A stretch of DNA of 64,000 bases from Tricharina praecox (GCF_024521635.1 NW_026250412.1:186001-250000); one strand, 5' to 3'; shown: positions 38,727-52,000, counted from the stretch's first letter. The notes: a model not told the origin generated them from the sequence alone. Numbers and translations are program-made.

Positions 38727-39363
38727 GGTTCTTGGCTGGTTGGACGGGTGGGTCTGTACAGTGTACCGTAGTCTGTATGTACGTAAAGAGCGTATCTGGT
38801 GGGCTATGAAGAGAGCGTGGGTTCGCACACTTTAAAAGATGTGGGGAAAGTATGGAGGTATAGTTACTGGAGTCAAGTGACTGTGGCCATTTGAGATGAG
38901 ATGCTCTTCTCGTCCGTCCAGGTCAGCTCGTCATGTCGAAGGTTCCTGGCTAGCAACCGTGTCCTGAAAGCGCGCTTAGACCACTACTCATGCCAACCAC
39001 ACTTTACCTATTCCTGTCATACTCTACACGGCCACTGGTGACTGGAGTCTGGATGGGAGTTGTCGATCCGATAGCCGTGCGCTGCCGTATGCGCATTGAC
39101 TCCGTCCCCTGAACTCGGGAATTCTAGAAGGAGCAAGACGACCACCAAGGTCCTTCTATTCGATGAAGGAGGAAGCAAAGGAGAAAGGACATCTCCTGTC
39201 CCATCCCATCCCATCCATCCCATCCATCTCATCTACATACCTTCCCCCTACACGCGCCCCCCTACCTCCCGACTGCTACCTGCCCCCGTCAGCATACCAA
39301 CACAGATATCGATCCCCCACTTCTACGTAATTTCTTACGGCAGCAGCAGAAACAGCTACAGCT

Positions 39364-40971
39364 ATGTCACAGGACATCCTGAGTGAATTCGACTCGTTAT
39401 ATCAACCACCTCGGGCACCGGCGCCCTCACAGCCATCGCCGGCACCGCCACCGCCGCCGCAGCACCATGGCCGGCGGCGCGGCGCAACCGCCACAACCTT
39501 CGACGACCTGTTGGGGATCATGGACACCGGCCTGAAATCCAACCCCCGTCCGCCCCAACACCGACCCGTAAGCGCACTGCAGCACCAGGAGCGTCAACGC
39601 CGCCCCGTAAGTCTCCATGGCACACGGTCGTTTGGCCGGCCAGCGGCGCCGATGGATCCGTACTCGTCGGGGCTATTCGATATTGGGCCGCAGAGGGGCA
39701 CCGCTACGAGTGATCTGTATGCCAACGACGGGTTCGATGATTTCGGGAGCTTTGAGACGGCACGAAGCGGCTCGAGGAGACAGTCGGCGGCGATGGGCAT
39801 GGGGCTGGGGTTGGGTGGCTTTGAAACTGCGGCTCCGAGGCGGCCCTCGGCGTCGATGAGTATGGGGCTGGGTGGCTTTGAGGCTGCCGCTCCGAGGGGG
39901 CCCTCGGTGGCGATGGGAATGGGAAGCTTTGATCACCCGCCGCCTCCTCCTCGCAGACCGTCGGCGGTGAGGGGCCATTCACATTCGCAGAGCTTGTTTG
40001 AGATTTTTGGGCCGAGTGCACCTGTACACACACCGTCGCCGCCACCGCCAGTACAGCAGCAGTTTTGGCAGCAGAGACCAAGTCCCGGGCTGCTGGACCT
40101 ACGGCCGCCTCCTCCTATAGCGCCGGATGTGGATGATGATTTTGGAGATTTTGTCACTTCGCCGATCACCACGCCCGAACCACAGAAGGCGTTCGGTTAC
40201 CGCCCACCGCCGCGCTCACAGAGTGCCCAACCACCACCACCTGCAGCACCAGCATCACCGTCTATTCCCCACCAACCCGCACGAACCTCCCTGCCACCCG
40301 CCCCAGCACCAGCGCAATTCCGTACTTCACCAGCACCCGCAGCACACGGTATATCACTGCACCGCTTCGCCACGCCGCCCAAGCCGCTCCCCCCGCCCCC
40401 GCCAGAACAATTCCCGCCCGTCGCTGCACTGCTACAAACGCTCTCGCCACTGTTCTTGCTTCCGCAGGAGAAGCTCCTGGACAGCTTGAAGGGCCTTCCG
40501 TTCCCGCTGCGGCAGCGCGTGCTCTCGCACCCAAAGACACGGCAGTTTCTCGAGGGCGTGTGTGAATTTGGGCGCGTGGCCGGGCGGATCATTGCCGGTC
40601 GCAAGCGGCGCGCCCGGGTGGGAGGTGGTGGTGCAGGCGCCGGCGGGATGAAACTTGGCGCCGGCGGGGGCCCAGAGGTTCAGAAGGAGGAGAGGGAGGT
40701 CAAGGAGGCGTGCAGGATCTGGAAGGAGGGGACGGGGCGGCTAAAGGCGGCCACGGCGGGAGCGGTGCCGGAGATTGATGAGGAGTGGAAGGGCGTGTGG
40801 AGGGGTGGGCAGGCTTGTAAACTTTGTAAACTCGGCAAGGGCGAGTTGGTGCCCGCGCTTAAAGAGCAGAAGGACAAGGCCGGATGGTGGGATGAGCGCT
40901 GGGGTGGACATGCCAGCTGTCGGGGTTTTTGGGAGAGGTATGGCGGTGAGGTGAGGAGGGGTGGTTATTGA
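39364..40971 (+). CDS. Uncharacterised proline-rich protein (535 aa, apparently single exon)
   Basis: Long ORF with coding-like composition; DDFGSF and DDDFGDF motifs; folded-looking C-terminal region with CKLC..GGHASC. Confidence 0.8.
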   Translation: MSQDILSEFDSLYQPPRAPAPSQPSPAPPPPPQHHGRRRGATATTFDDLLGIMDTGLKSNPRPPQHRPVSALQHQERQRRPVSLHGTRSFGRPAAPMDPYSSGLFDIGPQRGTATSDLYANDGFDDFGSFETARSGSRRQSAAMGMGLGLGGFETAAPRRPSASMSMGLGGFEAAAPRGPSVAMGMGSFDHPPPPPRRPSAVRGHSHSQSLFEIFGPSAPVHTPSPPPPVQQQFWQQRPSPGLLDLRPPPPIAPDVDDDFGDFVTSPITTPEPQKAFGYRPPPRSQSAQPPPPAAPASPSIPHQPARTSLPPAPAPAQFRTSPAPAAHGISLHRFATPPKPLPPPPPEQFPPVAALLQTLSPLFLLPQEKLLDSLKGLPFPLRQRVLSHPKTRQFLEGVCEFGRVAGRIIAGRKRRARVGGGGAGAGGMKLGAGGGPEVQKEEREVKEACRIWKEGTGRLKAATAGAVPEIDEEWKGVWRGGQACKLCKLGKGELVPALKEQKDKAGWWDERWGGHASCRGFWERYGGEVRRGGY

Positions 40972-41340
40972 GTGTGATTGAGAAGTTTTGTATATATGTC
41001 TGTGGTGACTGCTGACTCCTGAGAGAGAATATCAATGTATTGTCGTATATGGCCTTTCTAGACTATGACGGTCCGCCTACCCAACCTTTCCTGCCCGCCC
41101 GGCCCGACACCTGCGAAGAGAGAGAGAACATCAATTTATTGTCGTACATATAGAATATGGCCTTTATATGTAGACCATGGCATGGTGACCACAACCCCGG
41201 CCGTGTGATACAAGAAGCTTCCCGCCAAGCCCTCTCGCCAGGCGGGCGATACCTTTTATCCCGGTCCACGGTCCACAAGCGTCGCCACGACGGCCCTAAG
41301 GACCTCACCTAACCACCACGACCACTGGGGGCTTTCCACA

Positions 41341-43097
41341 ATGTCTTCACTGCAAGCGCTGCTAAATCCAATGTCGTCCGGTCCGTCGAGTCCCGTCCAC
41401 CGCGCCGCGCCACCTCACCCTCCACCTCCACCAGCACCACCACACCCAGCACCACCACACCCAGCACCACCACACCCAGCACCATCACAAGCACAAGCAC
41501 AAGCACATGACGTCGATGTCGACGATGATGGAATAGAAGACGAGCGGATAGCTGAGGACGTGGAGGTCGAGGTGGAGGTGGAAATGTCCGACTACCGCGC
41601 CGATCGCGTGCTGCCGCCGCCGGAGGACTCGTCAGAGACTGAGTCGGACCGTCCACCAGTTGATGATGATGGCTCGGAGGAGGAATCCGACCGTGAGTCG
41701 GAGGAGGGAGAGAGGGAGGGAGATGGGGTCGCGGAGACGGAGACGGACACGCCCACGATGGATTACGAGGCGGCTCAGAGGACGCGAGCTTCACCACCTC
41801 CTCTACCTCTGCCTCTGCCTCTGCCCTCAAAGACAAACACCACCTCCACCACCTCTACCACAACCACCGCCAGCACCGCCAGCACCGCCAGCGCAATGCC
41901 AAAGAAAAGCCATAAGAAGAAGCCCCCGGCGCCGAAAAAGAAGGGGCAGGCGCAGAGCAAGAAGCGGCATACGCACGACGACGACGGGGATTTCGGAGGC
42001 GACGACGAGGACCAGGTGATGCAGGATGCGGCATCGCCAAAGAAGAAGTTGAAGAAGGTGCATGCTCCGGCGGCGGCGACGAAGAAGAAGGCGCACTCGA
42101 AGGATAGCATGACGAACATTGTCGGATTGCCAAAGTACGACAAGGATGGACGGGAGCTGTACTGTATATGCCGCAAGCCGGATACGGGGAAGTGGATGAT
42201 CTGCTGTGATGGGTGTGAGGATTGGTATCATGGAGAGTGTGTCAAGGTCAAGGAGGAGGATGGGAATCTCATTGACAAGTACTATTGTACGACGGCCCCC
42301 ATCCCCATCAGCTCCACTGCGGTCGGCCACCTGCTAACATTCCCCAAGGCCAGCACTGTCAAACATCGACGCAGCGAACGACGTGGAAACGGATGTGCCG
42401 GCTGCCACACTGCCGCAAACCCGCCGCCATCGACCAGAACCCCCCGTCCAAGTACTGCTCCACGAAATGCGGCGTCGACTACATGAACAAATACGCAATC
42501 CCTCGCTCGACGCTCTCACGTCCGCAAGTCGCCGCGCTCGCCAGCGTCGTCACCACCGGCGCGGAATTCAAGCGTCTCGGCGACCACATACCGACGCCGC
42601 CGCGCGGCGCCTGCACTCCCACCACGGAGGAAACCCTGCGGCTCTCCAAGATCCTGCTGGAGCGCCACGCGCTGACCAAGCAGAAGAAGCGGATCGAGCA
42701 GCGCGGCCGCTACGTCGAGCTCGCGATCGAGCGCCGCGCCCGCATCCTCGAGGAGCTGCAGAGCGATCCTGACGCCGGCAAGGTCACCGCCATCTGTGGC
42801 TACGACACCAGACTGGCGCTCGACGATCTCGAGTGGGACGAGTGGTGCGAGACGGACGAGGGCGCAAACGTTTTCGAGACTGAGTGGATCCCTGGCAGAG
42901 ACGGCGTTTGTATTAAGAAGAATTGCCGCACTCATAAAGGGTGGTCCACGCTGTTTGTAGACGAGCAGCATCATTGCGAGAGGGAGCGTGTGGAACGCTT
43001 TGTGGCCCTGAGACAGGAGGAGAGGAGGATCAGGGAGCGCCAGAAACGCCGCGTGCTGAAGGATGAGGAGGAGGGAAGGGTCGAGGTCGAGGGTTGA
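41341..43097 (+). CDS. SPP1: COMPASS/Set1C PHD-finger subunit (Spp1/CXXC1), 2 exons
   Basis: PHD finger LYCICRKPDTGKWMICCDGCEDWYHGEC..YY|CQHC across intron 42287-42348; SKYCSTKCG, ICGYD, CIKKNCRTHKGW. Confidence 0.92.
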
Positions 43098-43312
43098 ATT
43101 TGGCTGTCTACAGACTTACTTACTTTCGGGTGTCGCATCTCGACCGCCTGGATCATATCATGTCGGCGCAATGCGGAGTTTTGCTGCTTTGTACTTGTAC
43201 ACTACTTTAGATGATACCAATACTTCTATACTTCATTCGCAATGTATATGAAGGTTCTATATCCATAGCTCTCCATTTCCCAGTACAGTAAAAACAAGTA
43301 GGTATCGCCCGT

Positions 43313-44548
43313 CTAGGCGTCCACAGTCGCCGTCTCCGGCCATGTATACCTCCCATCCGCCGCCGTCACCATATCCAACAGCAACTTCCAGAACGCATCG
43401 ACATCGACCTTCTTCGGCACCAGAACAGTAGTATACGGATCCTTTCCGCCCGCTCCCAATCCCTCACCGATCACCGCGGGCTCCTCCCTCGTCTTAACGG
43501 TCCTGCCGACCTCCTCGCCATGGCACACAACCTCGACCCGCACTTCCTCCATCTCCCACTGCACCTCGTCCGTCGGCAACACCGCCGCGACCGCCAACGG
43601 ATCATGCAGCGGGGGGCCAGCCGTAATCCCAAAGACCTTGGCATACGTATCCCTGAAGAACGTGAGGAGCTCCACGAGCATAACTCTCAGCTCACTGCTG
43701 CCCCTTACGCCCTCTCCTCCGTAGCGTAGCCTCTCCAGCACCTCATCCGTCGCCAGCACCGTATGGGTAATATCCAGCGGCACGAGCGTGATCCTGCCAG
43801 ACAGCGCGCGGTTCGAGAAAATGCTCTGGGCGGCCTCAGGGTCGCAGTAGATATTGAACTCCGCGTGCGGCGTGATATTCCCGCGCGCGTCGGCGCGCGT
43901 GCCGAACGCTCCGCCCATCACTGACAGCGCCCGGAGGTGCCCCGCCACTGCCGGGAACGTCGCCAGGAGTAGAGCGATGTTCGTTAGTGTGCCTGTGGCG
44001 ACGAGAACGCAGGTCTGTGGAGGAGTCGACAGGATCGCGGACGCCATTGCGGTGATCGCGTTGGCGGGTTGGGCGGAGGCGGTGGGGATGGGCAGCAGTG
44101 AAGTCCCGTCGATTCCGCTGGAGCCGTGGATGTCCGGCGCATGCACGGCCGGCCGCATGAAGGGCTTGGAGCAGCCGGAGTACACGGGGATGGAGGTCCG
44201 CCCGATGGACGTCAGGATGCTGAGGACGTTGTAGGTTACGCGGGGGAGAGAGGCGTTGCCGTGGACGGTCGAGATCTGGTGGGTCAGCGGGGGAGCTGAG
44301 GGAGGGGGAGGGGAGGAACGCACCCCCAATAGGTCCAGGTGAGGGTGCTCGGCCGCGAGGATGATCGCGAAGGCATCCTGTCTGTATCAGCTGGAGTTTT
44401 GGCGGGTCCAGGCGATGGAAGGGAGGGTTTACATCGTGACCTGGAGGTGGGGTTAACTATGTGTGTACTAACAGCTTGAGCTGAGCGGGATTGGCGGGGG
44501 CAAACCGGGGTCGCAATCGAGCCAGATGGGAGTCTTCTTGATGGTCAT
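43313..44548 (-). CDS. URH1: Inosine/uridine-preferring nucleoside hydrolase, 4 exons
   Basis: IWLDCDP|GHD|DAFAI, STVHGN, IHGSSGIDG, TGTLTNIAL, MGGA, AEFNIYCDPEAA, PPLHDPLAV. Confidence 0.93.
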
Positions 44549-45371
44549 TGTGAAGCAGATACCGTATTGTATGTACAAATGATTGAGAGGGTGGATTGAA
44601 GTGCTTTATATTATCTATCAACAATCAGCCCTGCAGCTCACTGCGCTTACTTGAGAGCAAATGCGTACCTGCTGCCCCTGCATGTGTTGGTGAAGAGGCA
44701 CCGCTTCAGCTGGGCGGGAGGTCGGAAGCATGCAAAGATGACTACCGGTATCTATCGAACTGGGATGGTCGGCAGCTATCGTTACCGAGGGAAACACCTT
44801 GAATGGCCGATAGGTACACAGCTATCAATTTCACTCAATGGACTCTGTTATGATCATATTGAATTCTGATAATGACATGGTCAATTCAATCCGTCAACGT
44901 TGTCGACACACTTCCACCACCTTGAGGAGCTCCTCGATCAAGTCACCTTGGCCATATCCAGTCTCCCATGTCGAACCCGAGAAGAAAGTTAGGCGGGGCA
45001 CGGTGACGATGAAGGAGAGGGTTGAAGTCTCCCCCACTCCATCAATATTCCGGTGATGGAAGCACCTTGTGGTCGAGAGTGATGCTTGCCGGATCACTCA
45101 CTTCCCACCAACAGAGCTTTTCGATTCGGCGGGATTAAGAAGAAGAGAGCTTCCCACGGAATCGCAATTCGTCTTCAAGTTCGCGGGCAGGATGAATGTT
45201 AATCTTCTCTACACATATATCTACACATATATAGAATCTCTAGTTACTCTACATAGAGTGTGTAGCCGGCCATGCAGGGAGTCCCGGAACTTCCCACAGA
45301 GCCTCCACGCCCTGACCCCACCAAACATCATAGCTCATTCCCCACCCCGTGGCCGCGCTCACCATCTCGCA

Positions 45372-46177
45372 ATGCCCGAACCCACACCCGCAACAACCAC
45401 GGCCGGCCATGGTCTCCCAGAGCACCTCGACCCATCCGAGCTGGGAACGAAAGAGCAGTCTGTCCTCCCCTCCTCCGCGCGCATCACCATCAGCATCACT
45501 AACCCATCCCCAGCTGGGAGAGCGCATACGCGCGGGAGACACAAAACTTCCTCGAGAACCCCTCCGACGAGGGAATAATCTGGTTCTCGGAGTCATGCGC
45601 GGAGGAGCGTATGATCCAGTACCTATCTTCTTTGCCGTTATCAGCGTCCAGCGCCTCATTCCTCGACGTCGGCACGGGCAACGGGCACCTCCTCTTCGAG
45701 CTGCGGGAGGCGGACGAGGACGAGGAGTACGCCGGCTTGATGGTCGGGATCGATTACGCGCCCGCGAGTGTAGACCTTGCGAGGACGATTGCGCGGCAGC
45801 GGGGGCTGGACGTGCGGTTCGAGACCGTGGATGTCATACAGGATGAGCTGATGGGACAGCACTGGGTGCCCCCCGGAGGCTTCGACGTCGTGCTGGATAA
45901 GGGCACGTTTGACGCGATATCGTTGAGCGAGGAGATGCTGTCCGATGGGCGGCGGGTGGTAGAGGCGTACCCTGCCAAGGTCGCCGCGGCGATGAGGAAG
46001 GGTGGCTGGCTGGTCGTCACGAGCTGTAATTGGACGGAGGAGGAGCTGGGGAGGAGGATTGTGGAGGGCGCCGCAGGAGAGCTACAGGTCTACGGCAGGG
46101 TCAAGTATCCTAGCTTTACGTTTGGTGGCGTCGCAGGGCAGACGGTCTGTACGCTTTGCTTTAGGCGCAGGGAGTAA
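45372..46177 (+). CDS. EFM4: Protein-lysine N-methyltransferase (eEF1A; Efm4/See1/METTL10), 2 exons
   Basis: PSELGTKE|HWESAY, EGIIWF, LDVGTGNG, LDKGTFDAI, VTSCNWTEEEL, YPSFTFGG. Confidence 0.93.
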
Positions 46178-46675
46178 TTCATGCATGCGATATCACTCAC
46201 TCACTCCCTCGTGTAATCGTTATGCCACGGGGAGGACCCCGAGGTTTTCATTCACCCGATGGAAAATGAAAGGCAGAGGATTCTTGGGCGATGGAAAGCA
46301 CCAATACCCAAGTACTCTCTATCTCATTCTGCCCCGCACCACGGCTCCACTACCGACGTCAACCCCAAAAGCAAACGGATGTGAAACGTGGTCACTCGCG
46401 TCTGTATGGCTGTCTCACCCACCACTCAGCACTCAGCACCATCACCACTCCCACTACCACGAATCGCCGTCATCGTCGTCGTCATCATCGATATTGCAAT
46501 AAGCGGGGAGAAGAGGGGAAGTGGAAAGTGGATCAGAGGCGAAGTGAGGTGAGGTTGGTTTAAAGATTTCCGGACGGGGTTGTCGGAGAATATGTTTGGC
46601 CAAGCCCAGGCCCCGCACTCTTCCCTAAAGTTGTTGTCGGGTGTGCTATTGGACGATCAGGAACACCAGTGTATG

Positions 46676-46714
46676 TAGTTACCAGTGGTTACCAGTGGTT
46701 ACCAGTGGTTACCA
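46676..46714. repeat. 10-bp tandem repeat (GTTACCAGTG) x~4
   Basis: Direct tandem copies visible. Confidence 0.85.
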
Positions 46715-47430
46715 TACGATACGATAGGTAGAGTAACTCCATGACGAAATGGAGGGGCGAGGGTGGGGCCAGAGAGGAGGGGGGTCATCCGATATAAAAC
46801 TCATGCCTGCCTGCCTGCCTGCCTGCCTGCTGACATTCGGACCCGGAGACCAAACACTGCACAGTCTGCACTGCACTGACACGATGTCGGTCGGTTTTCC
46901 TTTTTTTCCTTTTTTTTTGGTTTTACTTTTTTTCATTTCGCGCGTTCCATTCCAAAAAAACAAAAGACCTACAGTACTGTGACGAACCCTTCGCTTGTAC
47001 CCCCAAAGAAGACAGAAAGGAAAGAAAAATAAAAGAAGGAAAGAAGAAAAAACAGACATGCGGAAAAGAAAAGAAAACAAAAGCGAATCCACCGCCCCAT
47101 TAAGATAACACCACTTTCCCCTAACGACAACGACAACAACGATGATGATGACCATTTTGCGTTTGCTCCCCACTCCTCCCCCCGACGCCTCTAGATCTCC
47201 TCAGCTTACTCTTGCGCTCCGTCTCACTTTAGCATCATACCCAAGCGTAACTATGGGCTTGACCGACTGGAGCGGAGCGGGGAGGGGGGGACAAGGACGA
47301 GAAGAGAAGAGAAGAGACAGAAAGGAAGGAAGGAAAAGGGGGGAACACAGCTGAAAACGAACGAACAACGCAGTGAAAAGAATCGAAAAGAAAGAAAGAA
47401 GGAAGGAAGAAGTAGTAACACCCTTATCTC

Positions 47431-49096
47431 CTACCACTCCCTGACCTCGCCTCCGGGGCCAAAAAACTCGAGGCACCTCCAGGCCGTAGTGCACTCCTTG
47501 CTGACCTTCCTGACCATTTCCTCATCGATCTCGATGCCGATGCCAACGCCGGTGGGACGCTTGACGAAGCCGCCAGACACGTCGAAGACCGACGGGTCCT
47601 TGAGGTAGCTGCACAGGTCGAAGGTGCCCGCGCCTGCTGGCGTCATCTTGTTGTAGTGGATGCCCAGGGACATCTCCTGGATCACGAAGTTGGGGCACGC
47701 CACGGCCACCTGCAGTGACGCGGCAAGGGAAATCGGCCCGAGTGGACAGTGCGGAGCTGTGTTTGTAGAGTCAGTCACTGGTCGTCACCCGAATGGCGGG
47801 GTAGGGAAGGAAATAAGGAAGGAAGGAAGGAACGCCGCTAGCGCACTAGCGCGGGCAGGAGAGCGGGCTGGCTTACCGAGGCCGACGTCATACGCCTCGC
47901 ACATGGCAGCGATCCTGCGGATCTCGGAGATGCCACCACAGTGCGATACGTCGGGCTGGAGGATATCGATGCTGGAGGACTCTAGGAACGGTTTGACGTC
48001 CCAGCGGTTGTAGAGGCGCTCTCCGAGGGCGATCGGGGTGGTGGTGTGCTGCGAGAACGCCTTGATAGCCTCCGGGTGCTCCGACAATAACGGCTCCTCG
48101 ATGAACAACGGCTGATGCGGCTCGAGCAGCTTCGCAAGCTGCTTCGCCATCGGCTTGTGCAGGCGGCCGTGGAAGTCGAGGCCAACATCTAGTCCCTCGG
48201 CCTTGACGGCCTTCAGACGCTCAACCGACGCATTTAGCGCGCTTGGAGAATCCAACCAGCCAAGATCCTCGGTGGCATTCATCTTGATGGCCGTGAAACC
48301 CTGCGCCTTGCGCATTTTACTAGTGCCGCAGAAAAATAAATATGTCAACTTTCATGGATGGCTCTAGACGATACGAACGGCCCAGTAGGCGGAAAGGGAG
48401 GAGGAGGGGTTTGCATACGCTTGAATGGCCACATCGGAAGGTCTGTCACCACCGATCCACGCGTAGACGGCGAGCTGGTCACGCAGCTTGCCTCCCAGCA
48501 GCGAGTAAACTGGCACTCCGAGTTTGCGTCCTACATTTCCCCCTAGTCAGCTGAGAGTTCTTTTTCCCCAGCTACCGGGCATGGTTAGATAGGGACAAGC
48601 AAGGGGGGAGGGTGTGCATCGTGGAAGAGAGCCCGGTTAAATGATGAGTCCGCCGGAGCGATTGTGAGTGGTGGTGGTGGTAGTGGTATCATAGTAAGTA
48701 CCTTTCAGATCCCAAAGGGCGATATCAATGCCAGAGATAGCGGACATGAAGACGGCGCCGCCACGGTAGAAGCCCAACCGCCAGGCCACCTGCCAGATAT
48801 GCTCGATATCACTGCGCACGCACGAAGTGTCAATTGGATGTCCCCAGTGCTGTCATATGACTCTAGCGGGGAAGGGGGGGGTGATCTGTCAGATCTTTTG
48901 ATTTTATTATTATCACTTACTCTGCCTCGTAGCCAACGAATCTGAGGATGAGTTCGTTCAGCGAGCCCTCGACGGCCTCCGTATGTCCCTCAAGCGTGGA
49001 TTCGCCCCAGCCATAGAGGCCGTCCTCCGTAGTGACCTTGACGAAGAGCCATCTCGGGAGAACGCGGAAGTACTCGATGGACTTGATCTTAGCCAT
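47431..49096 (-). CDS. D-galactonate dehydratase (DgoD-like, enolase/mandelate racemase superfamily), multi-exon
   Basis: [75 protein letters not shown], ends VREW. Confidence 0.92.
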
Positions 49097-52000
49097 TGTT
49101 TTTGATGTGATGTGATGCGATGTGATATGAGTGAGGTGCTGGGCGGATAAGTGATGGAGTGTTTTTCTATAGGCAAAGCTGGTGACAGATTGTGTTAGCA
49201 ATTGCGGTTGCTAATTGCGATTGCCGGCCAGTCTTATAAGTTGAAGGAGGTGGTGGAGGTGATGAGGGAGAGGAAGTGGCCGGAGGACGTCAATGTTATA
49301 TACCTAAAGTCGGAGCAGGCTGTAGCTGTAGGAGGGCTATCAGCAGTTGATTGGGGCAGTAAATGCTCAGGATGTTGTAGGTTTGAAGGGTGAAGATTGT
49401 GTGTGAAGATGAGCTGGGTAAGACGTCCGGGTAGTCGATTATATATCTCACGGAAGATGCTCTTCAAGCTATCGACTGCTTGGGACGTGGATACTAGAGG
49501 ACGATTTTTCTATCCACTTGCATCCCAGTATCAATTGATATCACATCTCTCTGTACATACACAGTACACAAATTACCGGTACATTTCTATATCCACCACA
49601 TCTTGGGCGTCAACTTTCCGAGCTCCGGCGCGTGTGAATTCACTTTGGCCCCCCCTGCTAACCACGCAGACGTAGACCTACACTGCATTCGCTTCTCTCG
49701 GGTTTCATTTGGAAGCATCTTCTGCATATGCGGGCAATATACTAGGGAGAAGAAGAAGGGTGTTGTGTGTGTCTTCTTAGCCAGCCATACAGACCGTACT
49801 TCAACGCTGAGCAGTAGAAGTTGCAGCAGTAGGAACAGGAAGCAAGTGGTAGCATGCAAGAACCAATGCATCCCAACCAGAAACAGCCCACGACGTCACC
49901 CGATATCCGTCCCGTAGCATGGGGCAGCGCTTCAGCGGCACACTCGAGCTCGCCGGAAAGAAGAAAAAAAACCAAGAGATTGAGAGCCTAGATAGGGATG
50001 CCGGGTTGGAAAAGCCTCCAGATCGTGGACCATCAATCAGCCATGTCATGGAGCAGAAGGGGGGCGAAACGCAACAAACAGGGCAGAACCCAGAGATGTT
50101 TTGGCGTCGGTTGCAAGAGATAAGGGCTGCAGCTTTCCACACTGTCCGGTGTAAATTTAGAGCTCCAATGGGTTGGCCACCGTTGCCTTGGGATGGGAGT
50201 CCGTTTGGACAGGTCAGGTATCGAAGATTGTCCGTTGTCCGTTGTCGTCGCCGCTGGAACCTCAGATACCGAGAACTGTCTGTCTCCTTGCCGTGCATAA
50301 ACACCTCAGGGTTTCGAGTGGTGGTGGCGGCGGCGGCGGAAGGAGGGGTTGTTGTTGAGTTGGATTGATTCTTGCGCTCGGCGGAGGATCAATGGTAGGA
50401 TAGCAGTCGCATCAGATGGAGCACGGTGTTCAGCTGGATGTGCTGTGCGTATTCAAGCCAGCTGCCTGTCTGCCTGCCTGACTGCTTGCTTGCCTGCCTA
50501 CCTGGAGATAGATAGATAGAGCGGAAGGAGGCAATAGCAGTTGATCGTGAGCTAGAGTGGTTAGTTCCGTTCGAGGACGTTCGCGTCAGATACGTGGTTT
50601 GAAGGGCTTTCGGGTTTCTCGGGTAAGTGCCGAGGATGAGCCGCCCGAAATCGCCTATCAATGACCAGCATCGGTCCTCCATGTCTAGCAAACCGGCGGC
50701 CTGCAGGATCCACGCTTGCAACCGGTTCGTGGTGGAGAGACGTAGTACGGTACTCTACGTCCCTCCGAACTGTCCTTGGCGAGGCCGAGGACAAGAACCG
50801 CCTCCATCCAGTGGGGCGGATTACCAGCAGTCGATCGGTTCGGTCGAGCGAGAGAGCCAGAGTGAGCCCCGCAGAAAAGACAGCTGATGAAGATGAGGGG
50901 AAGCTCGAGGGCCATCGAGATCGCAAGAGCCGGGTGAGGGGGAGGGGTGGTGGGGCAGAACAGCGATTCAGCAAGGCCTTTGCTTTGTTCCGCGTTCGGA
51001 ATGGCTCGACCATGTAGTTAGGACAGTGCTGCCTGCGGCCTTCTGGGTCGTCCGTTCAGTCTGGCGCTGCTTCTGCAACATGTTTCCCGATACCTATCGC
51101 CGCCAGATGGCTGGCCGGCCGCAGAGACGCTTGGGATGAAAACGAGAGGGCCGATTGCTGAATCGCCGGACGTTCGTGGGAAGGCAGATGCATAACACCG
51201 GTGGACCCGTAGTTACCACTCTATCTGACCATGGGCGTGCGTCGTCTTGGTCCTGCGCAATTGGAGCCAGCAGGAGTAGGGGTGCACTACTGGCCCACAG
51301 CGAAGCCACGCGTGTGGCTGCTGGATGCGGCAAGGCCAGCCCATGGCCCACCAGGGTTCGCTGTATTATTCGCTGGAAAGCCAGCGTGTCTCGGATTTGT
51401 TTGCGGAAGAGAGGGGTTGAGCGGTGGGAAGTGGGGCAGTGAGCAGTGAGCACTCTCCGTCAGCGGCAGAACTCTCGCGCCAGTTTGCAGTTACCGAAGG
51501 AGTTCGGACGGGCTAAGGCCAAAGCTGAGGGTGCGCAACGACTGCCGGCCGCCAGTCAGCCAGACCACCGCAATCACCGTCGCCTCGGATTCGTCGTCAT
51601 TGTCCTCCGGCTCCTCATCCTACTCCTCCTACTCCTCCTCCCGAATGTCCTCGTTCCCCCCATCGTCCCCCCACCACCACGCCCACCACGCCCACCACCG
51701 CGCCCACCACGTCCCTTCGTCTTCTCCCATGGGCCGGCAAAAAGGCCAGCATAAATTCCGGATTGGAAAGTAAAAAAACCCCCGAAAAAAAAACCGGGCT
51801 AATGCATGCAGAAACCCCCAGAGCAGAGCAGAGAGAGGCCAGGAAACGGCGGAACCACGGGACACAACGGAGCAGAACAGCAGCGATGTGTTTCCTTTCC
51901 GCCAGTCGTTTCACAGTTCTCAATTGCCGGGCTCGGTGGGGGATATTATGCCCGGTTGATAGATTGTTGGTGCAGGTAAACTATTCGAAACCCAGGGCGC

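Noticed and set aside
47431..49096. Bacterial-like dgoD as a recent horizontal transfer
   Set aside because: Has several spliceosomal introns and host-like composition; the family is known in filamentous ascomycetes; no linked pathway genes
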